Shown in pieces: positions 47,987 to 56,378 of a stretch of 64,000 nucleotides of DNA (the stretch's first letter is position 1; each line of letters starts with the position of its first letter). The notes under the pieces are model-generated. The model saw nothing but the letters and a program-made list of their open reading frames with translations, had not been told where the DNA came from and made no database searches. This DNA is from an uncultured archaeon (GTDB lineage Archaea; Aenigmatarchaeota; Aenigmatarchaeia; CG10238-14; SCSR01), in the NCBI GenBank assembly GCA_964400475.1, contig CAYNTH010000001.1, positions 819-64,818 on the forward strand, read 5' to 3'. Both the position numbers and the translations under genes were made by a program.

Positions 47987-49108
47987 ATGATTGATATGGA
48001 AGAAAAGGTAAAACGACTTCTTAATTGGTCCAAAGGCCGTGCCCAGGGTCCAATAAGTGTTCACATAGATCCAACCAATAGATGCAATTTGAAATGTAGA
48101 TTCTGTTGGCAACGCTCGCATGAAAGATTTGGTTGGTTGAATACTGAAAATGAACTATCCAGAGAGAAATTAGTTTCAATTGTGGATGAAGCAGCTGAAC
48201 TTGGAGTGAAAGATTGGCTAATATCCGGCGGTGGTGAGCCCATGATGAGAGTGGACGATACTGTGGATATGATGGTAAATATTAAAAAACATGGGATGTG
48301 GGGAGATATAATAACAAATGGTACAATACCAAATGATTCACATCTGAGTAAAATAGTTAATTCCGGCTGGGATGTTTATAGGGTTAGCATAAACGCTCCC
48401 AATGAAAATGTTCACGATTATCTGGTCAATACTCCTGGAGCTTTTAGAAAAGCAGTTTCTAGAATTAAAAAAATAAACAAATTAAAAGAGAAGTTTGGAA
48501 TTGACAAGCCTGATATTGGGTTTAATACAGTCATAAATAGAGAGAATTATTCGCTTATGCCGGGTATAATAGAATTTCTGCACGAGTTGGGCGGTTCCTT
48601 CATAAATGTTCAAACAATTATACTTTATTCTGATGAAGAAGCTAGATGGTCACTGGACGAAAAACATAGAAGAGATTCTCAGAAATATCTGAAGGAAGCT
48701 ATTGAGATTTCCCATGACCTAAATATACGGACAAATTTAGAAAATTATCTAGACGATCAGTTAATGAGAGAATCAACTGAGATGGATAAGATGAAAAAAT
48801 TAGGTTTATCCGATTTGGAAAATATAGAACATTCTAATGCATTTTTTAAGTCGTTTTGTTTTGAACCATTCTATCTTATGACAATAAGATCTGATGGTAC
48901 CGTGGGATCTTGTAGATTGTTTGGTGATCAGGGGGATAATATAATCGATAAATCCTTGAAAGATGTATGGTTTGGTGATTATTTTGAGAAGGCCAGAAAA
49001 GCACAAATCAATGGTAATATTCCAAAATTTTGTTCAAAATGTGGTTCAAACGAATTTTTGGAAAATAGAAGAATAAGACGGGAATTGATTAAATATTCAG
49101 ATGATTAG
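47987..49108 (+). CDS. Radical SAM enzyme with SPASM/Twitch-type tail, array paralog 24
   Basis: DPTNRCNLKCRFCW, ISGGGEPM, ITNGTI, SINAPNENVHDYLV. Tail: FCFEPFYLMTIRSDGTVGSC...FCSKC. Confidence 0.9.
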   Translation: MIDMEEKVKRLLNWSKGRAQGPISVHIDPTNRCNLKCRFCWQRSHERFGWLNTENELSREKLVSIVDEAAELGVKDWLISGGGEPMMRVDDTVDMMVNIKKHGMWGDIITNGTIPNDSHLSKIVNSGWDVYRVSINAPNENVHDYLVNTPGAFRKAVSRIKKINKLKEKFGIDKPDIGFNTVINRENYSLMPGIIEFLHELGGSFINVQTIILYSDEEARWSLDEKHRRDSQKYLKEAIEISHDLNIRTNLENYLDDQLMRESTEMDKMKKLGLSDLENIEHSNAFFKSFCFEPFYLMTIRSDGTVGSCRLFGDQGDNIIDKSLKDVWFGDYFEKARKAQINGNIPKFCSKCGSNEFLENRRIRRELIKYSDD

Positions 49109-50215
49109 ATGGAAAAAATTGTCGAATCATTTATAAGTTGGATCAATGGAAACGTAAAAGGTCCATTAAAATTGCAGTTAAATCCAACCAATAGATGCAA
49201 TTTGAAATGCAGATTCTGTTGGTTACGGGATTATGATTCTAAACCTACCAATTATGATGAGGTAGACAGAGACCGGTATCTAGAAATAATTGAAGAAGCA
49301 AATGATTTAGGTGTCAACAAAATTGAAATAACCGGTGGCGGCGAACCGTTTTGTAGGTCTGATATACTCGATATCATGGAAAGAATAAAATCCTATAATA
49401 TTTTTGGGGAATTGATTACAAATGGAACTTTGTTTAACAATGATTCTATAAAAAAAATAATTGATATTGGTTGGGATAGAATCGTTTTTAGTTTGGATGC
49501 ACCTGATGCTGAGACGCATGATTATCTGAGAGGGGTTAGTGGATCATTTGAAAAAACAGCTTATTCTATAAAAGAATTCATAAAACACACTGACGATATG
49601 AAAAAAAGTCTACCTGAATTATGTGTTCATATGGTATTATGTAATGAAAACCATGATAAAATTTCAACTATGTTCGAATTCGTGAACAGTCTTGGTATAG
49701 ATAATCTATTTATAGAACCTATCGTGCTTCTAGCACCTGAAACAAATTCTGGTAATGATCTTATGATTGACTCTGAGCATAAGAAGAAATTATTATTGGA
49801 AATTGAAGATGCGATAGAAATTGCGACAAAATATGGATTTAAAACGAATATAGACAAATTAAGGCTGCAATTTATTGAGAACGTAAATAAAATGGATAAA
49901 TTCATAATTAGTGAATCGGTTCGATATGATAAGAATTCATTATTATCGATACCATGTTATTATCCGTGGTATCAGATGATAATAAGGCCTTGGGGGTCAG
50001 TTGGTCCATGTTGTATGTTCGATAATATTGGTGAGAACATAAAGGAGAAAAGTTTACATGACATATGGTATGGCGATTATTTTGAAAAAATGAGAGATAT
50101 ATTGAAAAAAAATAAACTTCCTAAATTTTGTTCAAAATGCAATCCTAGTCAAGTCCAGGAGAATAATAAAATACGTGAGTTTTTGAAAAGATATGAAAGA
50201 CGAAAAAATCAATAG
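49109..50215 (+). CDS. Radical SAM enzyme with SPASM/Twitch-type tail, array paralog 25
   Basis: NPTNRCNLKCRFCW, ITGGGEPF, ITNGTL, SLDAPDAETHDYLRGVSGSFEK. Tail: PCYYPWYQMIIRPWGSVGPCC...FCSKC. Confidence 0.9.
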   Translation: MEKIVESFISWINGNVKGPLKLQLNPTNRCNLKCRFCWLRDYDSKPTNYDEVDRDRYLEIIEEANDLGVNKIEITGGGEPFCRSDILDIMERIKSYNIFGELITNGTLFNNDSIKKIIDIGWDRIVFSLDAPDAETHDYLRGVSGSFEKTAYSIKEFIKHTDDMKKSLPELCVHMVLCNENHDKISTMFEFVNSLGIDNLFIEPIVLLAPETNSGNDLMIDSEHKKKLLLEIEDAIEIATKYGFKTNIDKLRLQFIENVNKMDKFIISESVRYDKNSLLSIPCYYPWYQMIIRPWGSVGPCCMFDNIGENIKEKSLHDIWYGDYFEKMRDILKKNKLPKFCSKCNPSQVQENNKIREFLKRYERRKNQ

Positions 50216-51269
50216 GCTGCTCAAATGGGCAGACGGTCAGACAGCACCACCATTCACTCTAGACATTAGTCCAACAGATAAATGTAATCTAAGGTGTTTG
50301 TCGTGTTGGCAACGAAGATTCGATACTATTGATTCTAATTATGAGTTATCTGATGCTAAGTTACTCGAAGTTGTCAATGAAGGTATTGGTATGGGGGTTG
50401 AAGAATTTGAAATAACCGGTGGCGGCGAACCCTTGATGCGGAGAAAGATTGTCATCGAAATGATGGAGTTAATCAAATCTAATGATAAGTTTGGAAATAT
50501 CACAACAAATGGAACTTTGTTTAGACGTCAAGATATTGAGAAAATCGTCGATATTAATTGGGATCAAATAACTTTTAGTTTGGACGGTCCTGATTCAAAA
50601 ACAAATAATTATTTGAGAGGAGATGAGTCTTTTGAAAAAGTAATGTCAGCAATTTCTACTTTTAATGAGCTCAAAGCACCGAAATCATCTTATCCTAAAT
50701 TAAAATTTAATTGCGTTCTTAGTAATGTCAATTATGATAAGATTGGTGAAATCATAGAATTGGCGAGTGCAAATAATGTTGGTATTGTTAGTTTTGAACC
50801 TCTCACTGTCCATTCATCGATAGGTGAAAAGTTAAAACTGGGTAGAGATGAAATTGAGAAGCTTAAGTCTACTATAATCAATTCGATTGAATTGGCGAAA
50901 AAATATAATATTATCACAAATTTAGACGGATTGAGGAATGAATCTTTCATTGAAAAATCTAATCAGATGGATGACGTTATTTTAGAAAATAACAAAGAAA
51001 AAATTAGAAGATTTCATTCAATCCTGTGCTACGAACCGTGGTGGCATATAGTTGTTAAAGTCGATGGATCAGTACAACCATGTTGTTTGTATGATTTAAA
51101 GGACGAAAATGTCAGAAATAATTCTCTAGAATACATATGGTTTGGCGAGACTTTTCAAAAAATCAGAAAAAATATTTTAGATAGAAACCTATCGGAATAT
51201 TGCTCTATATGTAATGCAGGTCAGGTTATGGAAAATATAAAGATTAGTAATTTGTTGAGTGGTGTATAA
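50193..51269 (+). CDS. Radical SAM enzyme with SPASM/Twitch-type tail, array paralog 26
   Basis: SPTDKCNLRCLSCW, ITGGGEPL, TTNGTL, SLDGPDSKTNNYLRG. Tail: LCYEPWWHIVVKVDGSVQPCC...YCSIC. 23-nt overlap with paralog 25. Confidence 0.9.
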   Translation: MKDEKINRLLKWADGQTAPPFTLDISPTDKCNLRCLSCWQRRFDTIDSNYELSDAKLLEVVNEGIGMGVEEFEITGGGEPLMRRKIVIEMMELIKSNDKFGNITTNGTLFRRQDIEKIVDINWDQITFSLDGPDSKTNNYLRGDESFEKVMSAISTFNELKAPKSSYPKLKFNCVLSNVNYDKIGEIIELASANNVGIVSFEPLTVHSSIGEKLKLGRDEIEKLKSTIINSIELAKKYNIITNLDGLRNESFIEKSNQMDDVILENNKEKIRRFHSILCYEPWWHIVVKVDGSVQPCCLYDLKDENVRNNSLEYIWFGETFQKIRKNILDRNLSEYCSICNAGQVMENIKISNLLSGV

Positions 51270-51303
51270 AATAAAGATATTTTATTCATAGTTTGTGTAA
51301 ATT

Positions 51304-52407
51304 GTGTTAGATATGAAAGACGAAAAAATCAATAGGCTGCTCAAATGGGCAGACGGTCAGACAGCACCACCATGGAGCATAGAGCTTAGTCCAACTTTGA
51401 AGTGCAATTTAAATTGTTTGTTTTGTTGGAGACATGGAAAGAATAATATCGATTTTGGAAATGAAATTAGTCTGGAGAAATATAAAAAAATAATAAAGGA
51501 AGCATCTGATATTGATGTTAGAGAGATTAAGATAATAGGTGGCGGCGAGCCATTTTTTAGGAATGATACAATTGAAATAATGAAAAATGTTAAGTTATAC
51601 GATATGATGGGATATATTTGTACGAACGGTACACGTTTCACATCTGATATGATTAATGAATTAACCGACATTGGTTGGGATCATATAAAAATAAGTTTAC
51701 ACGGTGCAAGAGAATCAACTCATGATAAATTAACTCAAGTGGATGGTTCATTCGAAAAATGTATAAAATCGATTGAGAAATTCAGAGAAGTTAAAAAAAT
51801 GTTAAAATCGAATAATCCTCACATCGAAATCGGATTTGTTCTAGTTAAGGATAATTATCATGAAATATCTGAAATGATTGATATTTCGGCTGAGTTGGGT
51901 GTGAATTCTTTTTTTGTTGAACCAATTACAGTATATAGCGAAATAGGTAAAAGAATGAAACCAAATCAATCCGATTACGAGACTTTTAGGGATATTGCAA
52001 AAAATGCCAATTTAAAAGCGAATGAATTTGGAATAGAAACAAACCTTTCTAATTTCGTCGAATCTAGATTCATGGAGAAGACAGGAGAAATGATAGATTT
52101 GATTAAAGAAGATTCTGGTGATAGTCTAGACTTCTATTCGATTCCATGTTATGAACCATGGTATAGAATGGGTATACGAGTTGACGGATCGGTTTGTCCA
52201 TGTGGGTTTTTCGATCAGGGGACAACAGATAACATAAAGGAGAAAAGTTTACATGACATATGGTATGGCGATTATTTTGAAAAAAGAAGGTACCAGTTAC
52301 TAAATAACGATTTACCACATCATTGTAAGAAGTGTTGTGTTACTCTTGTTGTAAATAATCAGAGATTAAGGAATGAATTAAAGAAGATGAGTCGAACTGA
52401 ACATTAA
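51304..52407 (+). CDS. Radical SAM enzyme with SPASM/Twitch-type tail, array paralog 27
   Basis: SPTLKCNLNCLFCW, IIGGGEPF, CTNGTR, SLHGARESTHDKLT. Tail: PCYEPWYRMGIRVDGSVCPC...HCKKCC. The start is GTG 51304 or ATG 51313. Confidence 0.9.
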   Translation: MLDMKDEKINRLLKWADGQTAPPWSIELSPTLKCNLNCLFCWRHGKNNIDFGNEISLEKYKKIIKEASDIDVREIKIIGGGEPFFRNDTIEIMKNVKLYDMMGYICTNGTRFTSDMINELTDIGWDHIKISLHGARESTHDKLTQVDGSFEKCIKSIEKFREVKKMLKSNNPHIEIGFVLVKDNYHEISEMIDISAELGVNSFFVEPITVYSEIGKRMKPNQSDYETFRDIAKNANLKANEFGIETNLSNFVESRFMEKTGEMIDLIKEDSGDSLDFYSIPCYEPWYRMGIRVDGSVCPCGFFDQGTTDNIKEKSLHDIWYGDYFEKRRYQLLNNDLPHHCKKCCVTLVVNNQRLRNELKKMSRTEH

Positions 52408-52910
52408 TCTTTAACAACCTTTAAACAATCGTTTTTCATTATATTGTTTTGGATTTTTCCACATTTCTTGATTGCATTTTCTTTATCAATCACCTTAAGC
52501 ACATTGGCTTCACAAAATGATTTTCTATCATTATTTCCTATTTTTTTACATTCTTCAAGTCCTCTTTGATAGTCTATTTCTCTTAACACATCGGCAAAAC
52601 AAAAAAATCCACTGTATTCGTCATTTAATCTATAGCATATCTCTTTAGCCACGTCTTCGTTTTCTCTTATGAAGTGATGTGATACACATGTATAAACACT
52701 CAGACTATAATCGAAATTTCTTTCACATGATTTGAATATGTCTTTACAAGAGTGTCTTAAATTATCTGAGTTTAGATTTTCACATACAGTTGTATCAATT
52801 TTTACGACATCTCCCGTGACATTTGGTTTATTGGGATATAGAAAAGTTATTGATATTCCAATAAAAATTAGAAAAGCTATTAATAATAATTTTGTTCTCT
52901 TAACATACAT
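52404..52910 (-). CDS. Small secreted or membrane-anchored protein with periodic Cys-pair repeats
   Basis: N-terminal hydrophobic segment LLLIAFLIFIGISITFLY. Three ~29-aa repeats show exact spacing C-x11-C-x16-C-x11-C-x16-C-x11-C (EICYRLNDEYSGFFCFADVL / ECKKIGNNDRKSFCEANVL / KCGKIQNNIMKNDCLKVV). No family recognised. Confidence 0.5.
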   Translation of the reverse strand: MYVKRTKLLLIAFLIFIGISITFLYPNKPNVTGDVVKIDTTVCENLNSDNLRHSCKDIFKSCERNFDYSLSVYTCVSHHFIRENEDVAKEICYRLNDEYSGFFCFADVLREIDYQRGLEECKKIGNNDRKSFCEANVLKVIDKENAIKKCGKIQNNIMKNDCLKVVKD

Positions 52911-52961
52911 ATTTAGACTTGGTTTTTCAAATATTTTAAATTATAGAAAGAATTTCTTCTT

Positions 52962-54158
52962 ATGAAAATATGTGTAATTAGTAGAGGTGATATCGAAATC
53001 GTCCCACCTACTCAGGGGGCATCTGTCAAATTATTTTCTACAATAAAATTTTTGTCCCTTCTAGGACATGAAGTCTATTTTGTAACAAGTGAACAAAGTT
53101 TTTACATTCATGTGAAAGATGGAAACTTTGAAAAAAGAATCTATCCAGATAAAATAAGGAATTTTTTTCCATATGGCAATATTAGAAAGAAAATATTGAT
53201 TAATTTAGGGATACCCAAAGAAGACGTTGTTTTGTATAAACCTTTACTCGATTTCAATCTTTGGGTTAAATCAATGTATGTTGCAAGAAAGGAGAAAATC
53301 GATATTGTACAAGCTGAATTTCCCGCATTTTCAATACCGGCCCTATTTTCTAAGTTAATGGCAAGAGTGCCTTCTGTTTTAGTCGAACATAATGTAGAAT
53401 ATTTTAGGATTAGGGAAACATCTAAACCGTCTAAGTTGGGTAATTTTATTTTGAAGTTGATAGAAAAAGTTGCATGTAAAATATCTGATTCTGTGGTATC
53501 TATAACTAGTGATGACAAGGTGAGACTGGAAAAGCTCGGTATAGATGATGAGAAAATACATATCATTCCACACGGTGTTAATTTGAATGATTTTATCAAT
53601 GTTGATCAAAAATATATTAAGAGTTTCTATGAATTGAATGGTACAGTGTTGTTTTTTCATGGAGTATTAGTTTATCCACCGAATAAAGAAGCTGCTAGAA
53701 TAATAACAAATAAAATCATGCCTTCTTTGAAAAAGATGGAAAATAAATACAGTGCAATGATTGTGGGTGATTACCCACCAAAAGAGTTGAAGCATGAAGA
53801 TGTTGTATTCACAGGTGTTGTAAAAGATTTACCCAAGTACATAGATGCTTGTGATATTGCAATAGTCCCGTTAACTGCTGGTGGGGGTATGAGGATGAAA
53901 ATACTCGAATACTTTGCTGCAAAAAAACCTGTTATATCTACGCCAAAAGGTGCGGAAGGATTTGATGTGACTGATGGGAAGGAATTAATACTTGCTGAGA
54001 TAGATGAATTCCCGGATAAAATTGAAGAATTGAATAATTCGAAAAAACTTCAAAAAAAATTGATAAATAATGCATATGAATTTGTTAAGGACTATGATTG
54101 GAAAAACATATGTAAGATGTATGTACGTGTCTATACTGATTTATTGAGCGATGATTAA
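52962..54158 (+). CDS. Family 4 glycosyltransferase (GT-B, Glycos_transf_1-like)
   Basis: MKICVISRG...; C-terminal motif VPLTAGGGMRMKILEYFAAKKPVISTPKGAEG. Confidence 0.85.
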   Translation: MKICVISRGDIEIVPPTQGASVKLFSTIKFLSLLGHEVYFVTSEQSFYIHVKDGNFEKRIYPDKIRNFFPYGNIRKKILINLGIPKEDVVLYKPLLDFNLWVKSMYVARKEKIDIVQAEFPAFSIPALFSKLMARVPSVLVEHNVEYFRIRETSKPSKLGNFILKLIEKVACKISDSVVSITSDDKVRLEKLGIDDEKIHIIPHGVNLNDFINVDQKYIKSFYELNGTVLFFHGVLVYPPNKEAARIITNKIMPSLKKMENKYSAMIVGDYPPKELKHEDVVFTGVVKDLPKYIDACDIAIVPLTAGGGMRMKILEYFAAKKPVISTPKGAEGFDVTDGKELILAEIDEFPDKIEELNNSKKLQKKLINNAYEFVKDYDWKNICKMYVRVYTDLLSDD

Positions 54159-54214
54159 ATCTTTGAAATAAAACAAATGTGTAATGATTTAAAGGTCAAA
54201 ATGTTGTGGAAATT

Positions 54215-55342
54215 ATGAAGATATTGTTTATAACACCCTTTAACTTGTTTCCACCGTATTGGGGTGGAGGCACGAGGACTTATAATCTAGTAGAGAAATT
54301 ATCGGAGAGTCATGAAGTTCATTTGATGTATCCATCCTTGAAACAGTTCAAATCCAAGGATTCCAATCAACACAAAGAGAAGTTAGAGAATCTTGGAGTC
54401 CGGCTTCACGAAGTATATACACCTTTAGGTATATTACAGTATGTGAATCCGTTTTTTCTATTTAAGTCGGTTTATCTTTCTATTAAAACTGACATAGATA
54501 TGATATTCTGCGATTATCCGTGGTCGGGTCTTTATACACTCTTTGTACATTTTTTAACTGGGAAAAAGTTTGTATTCATTGAGCACAATGTGGAGTATTT
54601 AATAAAATGGCAAATTGGTGCCAAGTATGTTAATGTAATGAAATATGTTGAAAAATTATTGGCTGAAAGGTCTTCTGCAGTTACAGTCGTATGTAGGGAA
54701 GATAAAGATGAATTGTCTAGGTTTGATTCAATATCCAGTAAGATTTTTGTTCTCGAGAATGGATTCGATGAGAAAAAGTTCTATCCAGATAAAAAATATA
54801 GTCGAGAGATAAGAAAAAAATTAGGTGTTGGTGAATCTCCATTCATATTATTTTTTGGAAAGTTGGATTATCCTCCTAATAAAGAAGCAGTTTATCATAT
54901 TAGGTGGGAAATAATGCCTAAGATTCTTGAAAAAATGCCTGATGCAAAATTCGTTGTTGTTGGAGATAGTTATAGGTTTGATTTAGAACACGACTCTCTG
55001 ATATTTACAGATGTAGTCGACAATATTGAAAGGTATATAAACGCATCAGATGTTGTAATAGCTCCATTGTTGAAAGGAGGTGGGACCAAGATAAAGATAC
55101 TTGAGTCGATTGCATGCGGAAAGAAAGTCATTACCACCTCAAAAGGAGCGGAAGGACTTATGAACGAATTCACTAGGGATTTCATAGAAGTTTCGGACGA
55201 TTGGGAATCGTTTTCAGAAAACATAATTGATGAATTAAAAAGTGAACATAACCCCAAAATTCCAAACGGATTTATAAAGAAATATTCTTGGAATAACATA
55301 TACGAAAAATTTGATAAAATTCTAGAGGGTATTAGTAATTAG
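54215..55342 (+). CDS. Family 4 glycosyltransferase (GT-B, Glycos_transf_1-like)
   Basis: MKILFITPFNLFPPYWGGGTRTYNL; C-terminal motif APLLKGGGTKIKILESIACGKKVITTSKGAEG. The track start is GTG 54206. Confidence 0.85.
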   Translation: MKILFITPFNLFPPYWGGGTRTYNLVEKLSESHEVHLMYPSLKQFKSKDSNQHKEKLENLGVRLHEVYTPLGILQYVNPFFLFKSVYLSIKTDIDMIFCDYPWSGLYTLFVHFLTGKKFVFIEHNVEYLIKWQIGAKYVNVMKYVEKLLAERSSAVTVVCREDKDELSRFDSISSKIFVLENGFDEKKFYPDKKYSREIRKKLGVGESPFILFFGKLDYPPNKEAVYHIRWEIMPKILEKMPDAKFVVVGDSYRFDLEHDSLIFTDVVDNIERYINASDVVIAPLLKGGGTKIKILESIACGKKVITTSKGAEGLMNEFTRDFIEVSDDWESFSENIIDELKSEHNPKIPNGFIKKYSWNNIYEKFDKILEGISN

Positions 55343-55349
55343 CGGTGGT

Positions 55350-56363
55350 TTGATTTCAAAAAAAAATATGCGTGGAATGACAATCAAAACTATTGTTCTG
55401 GTAATATGTTTATCAATTTTGCATTTTCTTTTACTGTTCTCTAGAACGGAACACATACAATATAGGGGATTCGGTTGGTATGGGTACAATGCAGATTATG
55501 AATTTGATATGGAGAGCGTTGACAAAATTAAAGATTTAGGTGGGAATAGTGTGAATTTGAATGTTTATTATGAATATTCTCTAGAAACCGGTACATTTGA
55601 TTTAAAATCTAATCTGACTAGGGTAGAAGAGAATATAGAACTTGCTCATCAGAATGATTTAACAGTTTTTTTATCGCCATTTGTTAATTTGGTTGGGGGA
55701 CATTACATGGCCAATTCTATTGTCGATAATACATCGGCTTATTTGTCTGGTGCACAGGACATTTCTATTGAGCTGGCTGAATTCAGTGAAGAAAATGATG
55801 TTGAATTGTATTCAATTTGGACAGAAATGGGACTGTCTTTAATTAGAATACCCAATTCTACCGAGCTAGTCAATGAATGGATACAAAATACTCGAATGAA
55901 AGTGGATAATGTATATGACGGTGACATCACAACGAAAGAGGGTGTGCAATTGAGGGTTTATAAGGATTATAATTTTTCTGGATTTGATTACATCGGAGTT
56001 TCATTCTACCCATTTACCGATTCATATTATACAGATCCATATACTAATATGACTTTTGCAGGTGTTCATGACTTAGATGAATATGAAAGAATTGTTAAAA
56101 ATGAATATGATAATTTGGAAGAATTAGAAAAGAAATTTGGATCTAAGGGGATAATATTGGGTGAGATTGGAATAGATGTTGTTGATGAAAAATATGTAGG
56201 GAGAGATAACGAGAGCAGACAAATCAGAGCCAAAGCTTATGATATACTTTTAGAATATGGTAAAAACAGCATAGATGGTTTTTATTTCGGCAAGTTTGAA
56301 CATAAATACGGTGGAAGTGAGAAACTGGATGACGTATTTAAGTCATATTTTAAGGACAATTAA
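55350..56363 (+). CDS. Membrane-anchored protein, possibly a TIM-barrel glycoside-hydrolase-like (clan GH-A-like) enzyme
   Basis: N-terminal TM segment. Candidate acid/base region SIWTEMG and candidate nucleophile region IILGEIGID, with alternating beta/alpha character. This is a weak, pattern-only call. Confidence 0.4.
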   Translation: MISKKNMRGMTIKTIVLVICLSILHFLLLFSRTEHIQYRGFGWYGYNADYEFDMESVDKIKDLGGNSVNLNVYYEYSLETGTFDLKSNLTRVEENIELAHQNDLTVFLSPFVNLVGGHYMANSIVDNTSAYLSGAQDISIELAEFSEENDVELYSIWTEMGLSLIRIPNSTELVNEWIQNTRMKVDNVYDGDITTKEGVQLRVYKDYNFSGFDYIGVSFYPFTDSYYTDPYTNMTFAGVHDLDEYERIVKNEYDNLEELEKKFGSKGIILGEIGIDVVDEKYVGRDNESRQIRAKAYDILLEYGKNSIDGFYFGKFEHKYGGSEKLDDVFKSYFKDN

Positions 56364-56378
56364 AAATACTATACTTTC

